The notes: a model not told the origin generated them from the sequence alone. A stretch of 64,000 nucleotides of DNA from an uncultured Nitrososphaeria archaeon (GCA_964448685.1 CAYUWR010000015.1:2217-66216), one strand, 5' to 3'. Counted from the first letter of the stretch, positions 29,781 through 39,614 are shown. Numbers and translations are program-made.

Positions 29781-30555
29781 GCAGATGCCTTAAGAAAACG
29801 ACGGTTTCGAAGACGCCGTTCACGCTTTCTATTACATATGGGCCGTCGAAACCATGCCCATTAAGTCTTCCCACCACATATCTCCAATCTATGTTTCCAT
29901 CTCCGATTTTCAGATGCTCATCGTCACTTCCGCGGTTGTCGTGAACGTGGACAACCCCTATCCTGTCACACAGGCTATCTACAAACGCCTTCGTCACACC
30001 CCCAATGTTCGCATGCCCCGCATCGAAAGCCATCCTGAGGCCTAAGCCGATGCCACGATATAGTTCAAGAAATTCGTCAGGAGTAGTGAGAAGATGCTCA
30101 AGTTTCGTGATGTGGTTTTCCACGTACACGTTGAGGCCTATCGACCTGGAGTAATCGTATGCCATCTCCAAGAATTCTCGGTGTCGAGCTTCAGCCTCCC
30201 CCCTTGAGAGACCTTTGGGTATGGCCGCAGGATGGAAGACGTAGGCTAGAGGAGAGAGCTCCACCGCATTATACATGGAATTCTTCAGCCTATCCACACA
30301 ACTCCTTCTTGTCTCTTCGTCCGGGTCGATGTATTTAGTGGAGAAGAGTGGGCCGTGCACAGTGAACCTTAACCCTGATTTCTCAAGCTGCCTATATTCC
30401 TTAAGGTTCTTATTTGAAAGGGTGTATTCGCCGTCGTCGATGAGATCCCATGCGTCTGGTCTTTTGGGCCCATCGATGTTTCTTGAAAGCTCTTCGATAA
30501 CCGACTTAAATGGCTTAGACCACATGTAGAGTATTGACAACGATATGACATTCAA
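29761..30555 (-). CDS. Sugar phosphate isomerase/epimerase (xylose-isomerase-like TIM barrel)
   Basis: TVHGP, VFHP, VEN, FDAGHAN, HVHDN..DEHL.IGDGNID. Confidence 0.85.
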   Translation of the reverse strand: MNVISLSILYMWSKPFKSVIEELSRNIDGPKRPDAWDLIDDGEYTLSNKNLKEYRQLEKSGLRFTVHGPLFSTKYIDPDEETRRSCVDRLKNSMYNAVELSPLAYVFHPAAIPKGLSRGEAEARHREFLEMAYDYSRSIGLNVYVENHITKLEHLLTTPDEFLELYRGIGLGLRMAFDAGHANIGGVTKAFVDSLCDRIGVVHVHDNRGSDDEHLKIGDGNIDWRYVVGRLNGHGFDGPYVIESVNGVFETVVFLRHLLKGGRF

Positions 30556-30562
30556 GGCCTAC

Positions 30563-31003
30563 TCACCGCCTTCCCGCCGCCACTTCGACATCACGCTCGG
30601 AGGCCAACCACTCTATAACCTCAAGCAGATGTTGACTTGAAATCTTCACATAAATTGGGCCAAGTGGAGACTCAGCCTCTTCTTCGCATAAGACGATATT
30701 TCCTATGTATGCAGCCTGCCTATTTACCAAGATCGTGGTAGAATTTTTGGCCATATTCTCCAGCAGAAGCCTCCTTGCAACCGAAATCACCTGCCTTTCT
30801 CTAATCTTCCTGTAAATATAGTGTAAGGCATGTTCACCTTCATACTCTAGGACAACATGTGCCTCAGTTTCTTCAAAGTGATCTGGCTCCAGGCCGCCTG
30901 TTATGTTTCTGGCCGCCGTTGCAACCTTCGACGGATCTTCAGACTTCTGTACCAAAGCAGAAACCTGAACTCTCACATCTAGGTTGAGAGGTGGAATCTT
31001 CAT
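30563..31003 (-). CDS. DUF54 family putative RNA-binding protein
   Basis: SEDPSKV, NRQAAY, ESPLGPI. Adjacent to the CoaE-like kinase. Confidence 0.8.
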   Translation of the reverse strand: MKIPPLNLDVRVQVSALVQKSEDPSKVATAARNITGGLEPDHFEETEAHVVLEYEGEHALHYIYRKIRERQVISVARRLLLENMAKNSTTILVNRQAAYIGNIVLCEEEAESPLGPIYVKISSQHLLEVIEWLASERDVEVAAGRR

Positions 31004-31638
31004 CGCCTACCATCCTCCTCCATCCAAGCCTTAACCTGGTCTCTCACCCTCTCAACAAGCTCTTCTATCGTCGAATTGTTGGATATTATCTCGTCAGCCA
31101 AGGCTATGGCGTTGCCGACACCAACATCAAGCTCCCTCCGATCTCTCAGATCAAATTCCTCCCTGGTCTTTGGGGCGTCAATCCTCTCCCTTGACGCTGA
31201 AAGCTGAAACCTCCTTTGAGGGGAAGCGTGGACAGCCAACAACCTGACGTCGCCGAGAGACCGGTATAGGTTGACTTCATCGATGCTTCTTACGCCATCT
31301 ACCGTAATCAAACGCTCATCTTCAGGCATACGACTAAGTGAGAGCTTCGCGATCGCTTGAGGACCGAGCTCCCTCCTCAGAGCCACCATTACGAGGCCGC
31401 AGTTGGCATCAGTCAACTCGTATCCTCTCAGTTTCGTCTGCTCTCTTACCACATCACCCAAGCTTATATAGTAAAAGCCCATCTTTCTGATCTCCTGTGC
31501 GACCGTCGTCTTTCCCGAACCAGGCATACCGGTTACACAGAGAATGAGCCTCTCCAAGCCACCACCACCATTTTCCTCTTCTGCAACCACGTTATATCTG
31601 TTCCCCGAATAATCCTTATCAACATGTTGCAATGTCAT
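31000..31638 (-). CDS. Dephospho-CoA kinase-like P-loop kinase
   Basis: VTGMPGSGKTT, LGDVVRE, DGVRS..E, RDRREL. True start is probably downstream of 31638. Confidence 0.8.
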   Translation of the reverse strand: MTLQHVDKDYSGNRYNVVAEEENGGGGLERLILCVTGMPGSGKTTVAQEIRKMGFYYISLGDVVREQTKLRGYELTDANCGLVMVALRRELGPQAIAKLSLSRMPEDERLITVDGVRSIDEVNLYRSLGDVRLLAVHASPQRRFQLSASRERIDAPKTREEFDLRDRRELDVGVGNAIALADEIISNNSTIEELVERVRDQVKAWMEEDGRR

Positions 31639-31646
31639 ATCGTTGA

Positions 31647-32204
31647 ATGAGTCTAATACGAGCCTTCATCGCATTGGATGTCGAAAACGGGGAAGTGAAA
31701 GCCAAGATATTGGAGGTGCAAAGGGATCTTCTTTCACTTGGAATAGATGGTAAGCCTGTTCAACCAGAAAACCTCCATTTCACGATAAGATTCATTGGAG
31801 AAATACACGAGACGATGGTGAGAGATTTGATTGGCGCGCTTTCAATGATAAGATTCGAACCATTCAAAGTAAAATATGTGGGCTTAGGTGCCTTCCCCTC
31901 GATGGCCCACATTAACGTCGTGTGGGTGGGAGTAGACGACGAGGCGTCAGAGAAGATGACTTCACTTTGGGAGAGGGTTGAAGCCAGCCTTGAAAGGGCA
32001 GGATTCCAACCTGATCGAAGATTCGATCCACATCTCACCATATTAAGGGTCAAGACTGGACGAGGCAGAGAAGAGCTTGCTGCTGCAATAAGAAGATACA
32101 GCAACCTAGATCTCGGTGAGGAGACGATTTCCAAGCTTAAGGTGAAGAGAAGCATTCTCACGCCAGGGGGACCGATATACAGCGACCTACATGTCGTGGG
32201 GTAG
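31647..32204 (+). CDS. thpR: RNA 2',3'-cyclic phosphodiesterase (2'-5' RNA ligase family)
   Basis: RAFIA, two HxT motifs (HFT, HLT), GPIY. Confidence 0.93.
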   Translation: MSLIRAFIALDVENGEVKAKILEVQRDLLSLGIDGKPVQPENLHFTIRFIGEIHETMVRDLIGALSMIRFEPFKVKYVGLGAFPSMAHINVVWVGVDDEASEKMTSLWERVEASLERAGFQPDRRFDPHLTILRVKTGRGREELAAAIRRYSNLDLGEETISKLKVKRSILTPGGPIYSDLHVVG

Positions 32205-32211
32205 AAGGAGA

Positions 32212-33594
32212 ATGCAGCCCCTTTCCAAGATACTTGAGGATGCGAAAAGGATGACGACGCCCAAGCCAGAAGAGTACGAGAAAGCAGACAAGGTGGCCAG
32301 ATTGGTCACAGAGCAGGTGAAAAGGTATTCGGAGACAAGCCAGTTCACACCAAAGGTTATAGTTGGAGGATCATATGCACGGGACACATGGCTTCCCGAA
32401 GACGCGGACATAGACGTGTTCCTCTCATATCCACTTCAGGCGTCAAAGGAGGAGCTTGAGAGAGAAAGCTACAGGATATCATGCCAAGCCTTCGGCAAAG
32501 AGAATCTGATCATAAGGTACGCCGAACACCCATATGTCGAGACAAACGTCGAAGGATCCCGAGTAAACATCGTACCATGCTATATGGTCAAGCGTGGGCA
32601 TTGGGTGACAGCCGCAGACCGTTCACCACACCATTTAAAGTTCATGCAGGAGCATCTAAGCCGAACACAAAGATCTGATGTGAGACTACTGAAGAAGTTC
32701 ATGAAGGCCTCTGGCACGTACGGTGCAGAAATAAAGATTGGAGGCTTCAGCGGATACGTCTGTGAGGTGCTCATATATCGCTTCAAAAGCTTCAAAGGAC
32801 TGCTAGAGGAAGCCGTGAAGTGGAAGCTACCACTGATAATAACCGACAAAGAGAGACAACAGTATGTAATGGAAAGGTTCCCAGACGATAAGGTTATCGT
32901 CACAGACCCAATAGACGTCAACAGGAACCTGGGAAGAGCAATATCGGTCGCAACCCTCTCAAGGTTCATACTATCATGCAGAAGTTTTACAAGAGAGCCT
33001 AAGCTCGAGTACTTTATGGAGAAAGAGAAGACACTTGCAATCAAGAGGGAGCAGTCTCATCTCATCGACAACGTTCTCTGCGTCTTCTTCGAACACGAGC
33101 AAACTAGTGTCGACATACTCTGGGGCATGCTCAACCACACCATCGACAGCCTAACAAAACACCTGGAGGGAGAAGGCTTCAAAGTCATAAGGTCTAAGGC
33201 GGCAAGCGACGAAAGAAAGACCAGCGCATTCATCTTCCTCTTCGAGACCATGAACATTTCACCATACCATGTGAGGCTTGGACCTGAAATCTTCGACGAA
33301 GGCAACGTGCAAAAGTTCACATCAAAGAATAGAGGAGATTCCTACATGATGTGGCTAGAGGATGACGCCAGACTCAGGGCACTTAAGAGAAGACGCCATT
33401 CCACGACAATAGATTTCATGAGGGAGATCTTGAGGAATCCCACCAAATATGGTGTCTCAAGGAAGCTGGTTCAACCGCTCAAAGAAAAACACAAGATCGT
33501 AGGTGGAAGAGAGGCTGAATCAGAAGAAAAGAGATGGGTTAATGAAGCCTTAAGTGAGATATTTGAGCCAAGAGACCAAGACTATCTCAGTTGA
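32212..33594 (+). CDS. cca: CCA-adding tRNA nucleotidyltransferase (archaeal, class I)
   Basis: GGSYARDTWL..DADID, YAEHPY, DRSPHH, GFSGY, DPID.NRN. Confidence 0.95.
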   Translation: MQPLSKILEDAKRMTTPKPEEYEKADKVARLVTEQVKRYSETSQFTPKVIVGGSYARDTWLPEDADIDVFLSYPLQASKEELERESYRISCQAFGKENLIIRYAEHPYVETNVEGSRVNIVPCYMVKRGHWVTAADRSPHHLKFMQEHLSRTQRSDVRLLKKFMKASGTYGAEIKIGGFSGYVCEVLIYRFKSFKGLLEEAVKWKLPLIITDKERQQYVMERFPDDKVIVTDPIDVNRNLGRAISVATLSRFILSCRSFTREPKLEYFMEKEKTLAIKREQSHLIDNVLCVFFEHEQTSVDILWGMLNHTIDSLTKHLEGEGFKVIRSKAASDERKTSAFIFLFETMNISPYHVRLGPEIFDEGNVQKFTSKNRGDSYMMWLEDDARLRALKRRRHSTTIDFMREILRNPTKYGVSRKLVQPLKEKHKIVGGREAESEEKRWVNEALSEIFEPRDQDYLS

Positions 33595-34333
33595 CGACCT
33601 CAAGAAGCCACCATATAACCTCCTCGTCTCATATCCGAAGGTAGACGAAGAAAGGGTGGAGAGAATAGTACATAAACTCAAGGACAGAGGCGTATATGCA
33701 GTCCACTACAAAGGAAACACGCAGGTAGACGGCTTAAAGGTGCTCGGTAAAGGATGCACAGCAATAGTGTTCGCAGCCAACACCAGATACGGCCTTTCAG
33801 CCGTGAAGGTGCTGAGGGCAGACGCGGACAGAGCCACCTTAAGACATGAAGCAGAATACCTCGAGAAAGTTAATAGGCTCAAGATAGGCCCAAGGCTATA
33901 TCATGCGGCAGACGAATTCCTGATAATGGAACTACTCATTGGCAGAAGAATTGGAGAATACATACAGGAATTGAAGGGCAAAGGGAGAACAAGAAGACTC
34001 AGAAAGGTGATCAGAAAGATACTTCATCAATGCTTCATATTGGACCGAGAGAAGATAGCACACTGTGAACTAAGCAACCCACTCAAGCACATAGTTGTGA
34101 CTTCAAGAGACAAACCTGTGATATTAGACTTTGAGTCAGCAAGCGAGAAAAAGAAATACTCGAACCTAACTTCATTCACACAAAGCCTATTCATTGGAGG
34201 AAGGCTTTCGCCGAAGGTCAGAAGAATCCTAGGAATCGGGAACAGTGACCAGATAGTCAACGCACTAAGAGAATACAAGCAAAATCCAGATCAGGAAACA
34301 TTCAAAAGAGTCTTGACAAGCCTAAAAATGTGA
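33554..34333 (+). CDS. RIO/Bud32-like Ser/Thr protein kinase
   Basis: LGKG, AVKV, HEA, HCELS, ILDFESAS. Confidence 0.85.
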   Translation: MRYLSQETKTISVDDLKKPPYNLLVSYPKVDEERVERIVHKLKDRGVYAVHYKGNTQVDGLKVLGKGCTAIVFAANTRYGLSAVKVLRADADRATLRHEAEYLEKVNRLKIGPRLYHAADEFLIMELLIGRRIGEYIQELKGKGRTRRLRKVIRKILHQCFILDREKIAHCELSNPLKHIVVTSRDKPVILDFESASEKKKYSNLTSFTQSLFIGGRLSPKVRRILGIGNSDQIVNALREYKQNPDQETFKRVLTSLKM

Positions 34334-34445
34334 AACGAACAGCAAACATTTTTCGGTGTCGATGCCAGAAGGACGATTACCAAAAGAGAATCGAGCAGGC
34401 ATCATAGATAAAGCAAATAAACCGACATAGGACATCATCTTCCGA

Positions 34446-34537
34446 GGGGTCATCGTCCAGCTTGGTCAAAGATGCCAGCCTGGGGAGCAAGAAGCCCAGA
34501 ACGCTGGTGAGCGTGGGTTCAAATCCCACTGGCCCCA
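34446..34537 (+). tRNA. tRNA-Pro(GGG) with 16-nt intron at 37/38 (34486-34501)
   Basis: GGGGTCA/TGGCCCC acceptor, CCAGC/GCTGG anticodon stem, BHB motif (CTGG/CCAG helix with two 3-nt bulges), GTTCAAATC T-loop. Confidence 0.95.
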
Positions 34538-34971
34538 TCATATTTTAGTAAGCGACAAAATTGTTGCTTCTAGTTAGATGATAAATGGCGTGGAGCTTTA
34601 ATGCTTGTTCAATCAATCTGAAGACTTGACCCTACTTTGACGCAGAGACATGAAAGCTTAGCTTATCTGCTTATTGGTTCGAGTATAGTTAGATCCGATT
34701 TCTGTATGAATTGAGACTTCGTTGTTGGCATTTTGAGGTATTACAGAAGTTATCTTTGTCATCTCCCCTGGAGTAACCATATTTTATCCTCAACTCTGTA
34801 CGTGTTCAAATTCGAACCAAAGCCAAATCATAAGGACACGTTGAGCGTAATATGGGATAATACAATACATAGTATTATCTTATGTGAGCATCATTATAGA
34901 AATATTTAAATTGCGTTTTGCCCAAAAACGCATATGTTTAAAATAGGACATGAGGGCGATAGTGAAGAATC

Positions 34972-35382
34972 TTGGTTATCGACAAAGGCTATTTGAGAAG
35001 TAGAATTGGAGAAGCAAGAGAAAGCCTCAAAGAGATAGATAGGATAGTGAAAAAGCCCTATACGATTCTAACAGGTGATGAGAGATACTCTCTAAGGTAT
35101 CAGATAATAGTTTTGGTTGAAGCTATCGGTAGTGCCTGTTTGCATATGGCTATTGAAGGCTTCAACTATGAACCTGAGTCCTATAGTGACTGCATAAAAT
35201 ACTTGGGGAGATCTGAAGTTTTAACCTATGTTGAGGACATCATCAAGGTCGTAAGGTTGAGGAACCTCCTTGTTCACAGATATTGGATTATCGACGATCT
35301 TAAGGTCTACGAGTCCGCTAAGAAAAACTTTCAAAAAATTGAGGATTTCTTAAGGGATGTTGAGAGCAGATATGGATTATGA
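34972..35382 (+). CDS. HepT/DUF86 HEPN ribonuclease toxin
   Basis: RNLLVHRY (Rx4HxY) motif. Confidence 0.88.
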   Translation: MVIDKGYLRSRIGEARESLKEIDRIVKKPYTILTGDERYSLRYQIIVLVEAIGSACLHMAIEGFNYEPESYSDCIKYLGRSEVLTYVEDIIKVVRLRNLLVHRYWIIDDLKVYESAKKNFQKIEDFLRDVESRYGL

Positions 35383-35770
35383 TAGAGTTAAATACCATAA
35401 GTTAAGTGAGGGGGAAAAAAGAGAAGTGTTACAGAAGCTTCAAGAAATCTTTCAGAAAGAGGATAATATAAAGTTAGCATACATTTTTGGAAGTCTAGTG
35501 AGGAGAAATGCTTTTAGAGACATAGACATAGCGGTTTATGCGGTACCTGCACTGACATTCGATGAACTCCTTGAATTAGGAACTAAAGTGGAGTTGGAAA
35601 TAGATTTTCAGGTGGACCTGGTCCAACTTCAAGACCTGAATCCTAGGTTAAGGTCAAAAGTACTGATGGAGGGCAAGCCGATTATTATAAGAAATCATGA
35701 GCTGCACCACAGGCTAATATCACAATCAATATCAGAAGTTCAAGACTGTGAGATGTCAAAGGCTCTTTGA
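35357..35770 (+). CDS. MNT nucleotidyltransferase antitoxin
   Basis: YIFGS...RDIDIAV, VDLV. Confidence 0.88.
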   Translation: MLRADMDYDRVKYHKLSEGEKREVLQKLQEIFQKEDNIKLAYIFGSLVRRNAFRDIDIAVYAVPALTFDELLELGTKVELEIDFQVDLVQLQDLNPRLRSKVLMEGKPIIIRNHELHHRLISQSISEVQDCEMSKAL

Positions 35771-35932
35771 CTCGGCTCCGGTCTTGATTCCTCATAATCA
35801 ATAGCTAAAAGGTTTGCGAATTGTGTTAGTCAAAGATATGAGCTTATATCCTACCATTGATTATGATTTGCTAAATAGGACTGATCGGTATTCTTATATA
35901 GTACGTCATTATGCTATTTTATGGTGATATAA

Positions 35933-36160
35933 CTGAAAAAGTATGCAACGATATCCATCCCATTAGAGGTAAAGAGAATTTTGGAGAAGGCGAAAGATAA
36001 AGAAGAGTGGGGAACATTCCTGCTTAGTCTTTACAATGAACTTAGGAGGTTAAAAGGTTTAGAGGCGTTTGAGAATTTGAAGAAAACTTTATCGGAAGAG
36101 GACTTAAGGTCCATCATGGAGTCGAGTAGGGAGTTCAGGGAGAGGTTCAGCTTCAGATGA
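35933..36160 (+). CDS. VapB-like antitoxin (75 aa, apparent CTG start)
   Basis: Manual translation (M)KKYATISIPLEVKRILEKAK...REFRERFSFR. GGTGA SD upstream; stop overlaps the vapC ATG. Missed by the ORF track. Confidence 0.75.
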   Translation: MKKYATISIPLEVKRILEKAKDKEEWGTFLLSLYNELRRLKGLEAFENLKKTLSEEDLRSIMESSREFRERFSFR

Positions 36161-36513
36161 AGTTGTTCGATACAGACGCTATTGTAGACATGTTGAAGGC
36201 TGAAAAGTATGAGCATGGAAGCATATCCGTTGTAACGTTAACAGAAATTTTGAGGGGTGTGAAGGATGACAAGAGGGGTTTAGTGAAGAAGTTGCTGGAA
36301 GATAGCTTTAATGCCATATGGCTTGATAACGATATTGTCCAGGCCTATTGTAAAATCTATCGAAATCTTAAAGAAAGGGGGGAACTAATTCCTGACGCGG
36401 ACATATTAATAGCGGCTACAGCGGTTTCAAAAAATCTTAGCCTAATTTCAAACGACATGCATTTCGAAAAAGTGGCAGCCTTTGGATTAAAGTTGATGAA
36501 AAACTGGAGATAA
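36157..36513 (+). CDS. VapC PIN-domain toxin
   Basis: LFDTDAIVD, TLTEI, DADILIAATA, SND.HF. Confidence 0.9.
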   Translation: MKLFDTDAIVDMLKAEKYEHGSISVVTLTEILRGVKDDKRGLVKKLLEDSFNAIWLDNDIVQAYCKIYRNLKERGELIPDADILIAATAVSKNLSLISNDMHFEKVAAFGLKLMKNWR

Positions 36514-36610
36514 TGCAACACACGATTTCGCTGGGCTAAAATGCTGTGAACATGGGCTGATCCGCATTTTCAAAACTGCTCTCACATTAGAGAAAGAGGA
36601 CGTTAAAGAA

Positions 36611-36694
36611 GAACATCACCTCCTACAGGCTGCAGCGAGAACAAACCGACCATGCGAGGACGTTAAAGAGGTTGGGCTGATAATCGACTATGCA
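36611..36694 (+). pseudogene. Remnant of a type I restriction enzyme R subunit (HsdR)
   Basis: Translates EHHLLQAAARTNRPCEDVKEVGLIIDYA, matching HsdR helicase motif VI (LxQAIARxNR...GxIVDY). No start and no rest of the gene. Confidence 0.65.
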
Positions 36695-36757
36695 TGCTTG
36701 CATCCTTCCAACTACAAGCAATTAAGGTAGGTTGCAGCAAGGCTTCGACTGCAGACT

Positions 36758-39340
36758 TCATTGGAAAATGAACGTTTGCAGCAGCCGAAACGCTACCCCA
36801 CCGATGGTGATCGCGAACATGATCTCGAATGATGTTATCAGTATAGCCTTCTTGAGGCCAAACTCTCTTATCAAGGCAGCTATCGTCGATACACAGGGTA
36901 TGTAGAAAAGTGTCACCAAAGTGAACACAATCATCTGCAATGGAGTCAAGACGTTCGCGAAGTTCGTTGTTCCAAGAAGGGTTGCGAGCATCACCAACGT
37001 CAACTCTTTCCTTAACACACCAAAGATCAGAGCTGCACCTGTGAGCATGGGTAGTCCTAGCCAGGCGACAGTTATTGGGCTGAGTATGTTCCCAATAGGC
37101 TCCAGTAGGTTCAGGACTTCAAGTAGCTTGATCGAGAGGCTGCCGACAACTATGAGGGGAAAGGCTATCTTGGCAAATTCCTCTAGCCTGAACCACGTTT
37201 GCTTCACAACCGTTCTGAGGCGGGGAACTCTATAATCGCTCATTTCCATGATTAAAGCCGTTGGCTCTCCAGGTAGGGCTTTGAAGGCGATTCTGCCTAA
37301 GACAAAGATGACTAGCAGGTCAAAGATGTACAATGCCAGAGCCCACTGGATACCTACATATGCGCCGACTAGGCCTAGGATTATTACTGTCCGAGCAGCA
37401 CATGGTATGAGGGTTGTGATAAATCCTGCTATAAGCCTCTCCCTCTCTGTTTCCATGATCCTGCAACCGAGACAGGCGGGAACATTGCATCCGTAACCCA
37501 ACATCACTGGAATGAAGGCTTTGCCATGTAGTCCTATCTTGTGCATCAAGCTATCCATTAGAAACGCGATTCGGCTAAGGTATCCGGAGTCCTCTAGGAA
37601 ATATAGTATGACGTAGAAGGGTGCGATGTATGGGAGTGCTATCGTGATCCCAGCTATCAAGCCTTCAATCAGGCCGCCCCAGATAAGTTCTCCAACCGGA
37701 CCGGCTCCGAATAGGCTGATGAAGATTGGCTGCAATCCGTCAAGAAGGCTGGTCAACACCTTCGAAAGGAAATCTCCGAAGGTGAATACAGTGTAGAAGA
37801 TTGTTAGCATTACAGCAGCCATTATTGGGTAACCCAACAGTCTACTGGTCGTTATGTTGTGGAGGATTTCTCCTGCCCTTGGCTTAAGTGGAGTTCTCAC
37901 CGTCTGCACATTCCGGGTTATTCTCGCAGCCACACCATACCTCTCTGACGCTATCACGGTGGACGAGGGGTGGCCGTGGATTTCTTCAAGCTCCAGAGCA
38001 AGCTTCCTCGCTGTCTTCACGATTTCTGGATCTATCTTTTCAACTTCTTTTTCGATTTCTTCGTCTCCTTGTAGGAGCTGGACTGCCGTATATCTTGGAG
38101 GATACTTCAGAGGGCTGCCTTCGACTAGGCCAGCTATCTTCATTATCCTTTTTTCAACTTCATCCCCATATCTGACAGTAGAGGGCTTCGCGTTCCTATC
38201 AACGAGTCTAACCGCTTCTTCAACGATATCATAGAGACCCACACCTTTCGTCGCAATGGTTGAAATAACCGGTACACCCAGTACTTTAGCCAACTTCTCT
38301 GTATCGATCTCTATTCCCTTGGTCTTTGCCATATCCATCTGATTCAAGGCGATAATCATTGGCTTCTCAAGCTCCATAAGCTGCAGGGTGAAATAGAGGT
38401 TCCTTTCGAGCACCGACGCGTCGACGACATTGACCACCACATCTGGATTCTCACATGCAATATACTCTCTTGAAATCTTCTCCTCTATCGAGAAAGGTGA
38501 AAGGGAATAGATTCCGGGAAGATCAACTACATCGATCGTGTACCCTCTAAAATGTAGAGTGCCCTCAGCCTTCTCAACCGTCTTACCAGGCCAGTTACCT
38601 ATGTGCTGATGAAGCCCTGTCAGATGGTTGAATATCACACTATTATGAACGAAGAGCCCGTTTGCTAGCATGAAGTTTCCATTAGCTTCTACCGATAAAT
38701 CGTATACATAGTCTTTGTTGGAGTCATCCTCTATTTCCGTCACTTCATCCCAGACGATATCTCTGAAGGCGAGTTTCTCTATTAGTCTTGGGATTGTTTT
38801 TCCATGTACGGTCACGAACTCGTCGGAAATCTGATACTGTCTGTTTCCTTTCCTAACTTTGTCTGAAAGAAGATTTCCTATATCTATGGACGATCTGGAC
38901 CGTTCTAAGATTGATAATGTTTCGATTACTGGTAAGAGGTCTCCCTTCAGCAACTGCTTAGCATCTAGCACTTGCAGCTTACCACGTCTTAAAACCATGA
39001 AGTTGTGGTCTTGAGTAGCCTTCAACGTGCGTCCTGAAGAGGTCTCAAGACGAATAAGCTTACGCTTCTCCTTATGCCTCAGAACGTATGTCACTCTCTG
39101 TTTCTCAACCTTTAAGGTTTCTGGGTTCAGTGAGACAACGAAGAGCCCTTCAGGTTTGGCGAACTCCGTTTCGCCAACCTTTTCAACCCTTGAGCAGCCA
39201 AAAACCTCGTCTGCCAGCTCCCTTATTCTTTCTATTTTCCACAACCCATTGTAATAGACGAACACGTATTCTTTTCCGTCAATAGATTTCCCGACATTTG
39301 CATTTCCAGCCAGGGCTATCCTAAGCTTCTTGTCGCCCAC
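36758..39340 (-). CDS. feoB: Ferrous iron transporter FeoB containing an intein
   Basis: GNANVGK|S G1, [40 protein letters not shown]. Removing the 215-aa insert leaves a 645-aa FeoB. Confidence 0.95.
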   Translation of the reverse strand: MGDKKLRIALAGNANVGKSIDGKEYVFVYYNGLWKIERIRELADEVFGCSRVEKVGETEFAKPEGLFVVSLNPETLKVEKQRVTYVLRHKEKRKLIRLETSSGRTLKATQDHNFMVLRRGKLQVLDAKQLLKGDLLPVIETLSILERSRSSIDIGNLLSDKVRKGNRQYQISDEFVTVHGKTIPRLIEKLAFRDIVWDEVTEIEDDSNKDYVYDLSVEANGNFMLANGLFVHNSVIFNHLTGLHQHIGNWPGKTVEKAEGTLHFRGYTIDVVDLPGIYSLSPFSIEEKISREYIACENPDVVVNVVDASVLERNLYFTLQLMELEKPMIIALNQMDMAKTKGIEIDTEKLAKVLGVPVISTIATKGVGLYDIVEEAVRLVDRNAKPSTVRYGDEVEKRIMKIAGLVEGSPLKYPPRYTAVQLLQGDEEIEKEVEKIDPEIVKTARKLALELEEIHGHPSSTVIASERYGVAARITRNVQTVRTPLKPRAGEILHNITTSRLLGYPIMAAVMLTIFYTVFTFGDFLSKVLTSLLDGLQPIFISLFGAGPVGELIWGGLIEGLIAGITIALPYIAPFYVILYFLEDSGYLSRIAFLMDSLMHKIGLHGKAFIPVMLGYGCNVPACLGCRIMETERERLIAGFITTLIPCAARTVIILGLVGAYVGIQWALALYIFDLLVIFVLGRIAFKALPGEPTALIMEMSDYRVPRLRTVVKQTWFRLEEFAKIAFPLIVVGSLSIKLLEVLNLLEPIGNILSPITVAWLGLPMLTGAALIFGVLRKELTLVMLATLLGTTNFANVLTPLQMIVFTLVTLFYIPCVSTIAALIREFGLKKAILITSFEIMFAITIGGVAFRLLQTFIFQ
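38642..39286 (-). mobile_element. Mini-intein (215 aa, no homing endonuclease) in the FeoB G1 motif
   Basis: Starts SIDGKE, block B ATQDHNF, block F VYDLSV..NF, ends VHN followed by Ser+1. Confidence 0.92.
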
Positions 39341-39614
39341 GCTCCACCACTACATATATCCTCTCAGCCATACCTCTACCGAGCGCAAGCCTCGATCCCC
39401 TGACGAGCACTTCAATAGGCCCTTGAAGAGGCGCCGACTTCACCACAGTCACTAAGGTGCCTGGCGTGAGCCCCATGTCCGCGAGCCGTCTTTCAAAACC
39501 CCATCGTCTACCCCGTCCTCCCGGCCCTCTTCCACATGAGCCGCCGTCAACATTGGATATGATCCCGCTTTCGCCATTCTTTAAAGCGGTTAGAGGCAGC
39601 TCCAAGGCGCTCAT
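39321..39614 (-). CDS. feoA: FeoA family protein
   Basis: RRLADMGLTPG, APLQGPI, RGSRLALGR. Start at ATG 39614. Confidence 0.92.
   Translation of the reverse strand: MSALELPLTALKNGESGIISNVDGGSCGRGPGGRGRRWGFERRLADMGLTPGTLVTVVKSAPLQGPIEVLVRGSRLALGRGMAERIYVVVERGRQEA

Noticed and set aside
24640-34530. Identical 20-nt GCGTGGGTTCAAATCCCACT in opposite orientation in two places
   Set aside because: It is the conserved T-arm of two complete tRNAs, not an att site or element end.
36596-36669. 14-bp direct repeat with a 46-nt spacer as a mini-CRISPR
   Set aside because: Only two short copies, no cas genes, and the spacer translates as HsdR.
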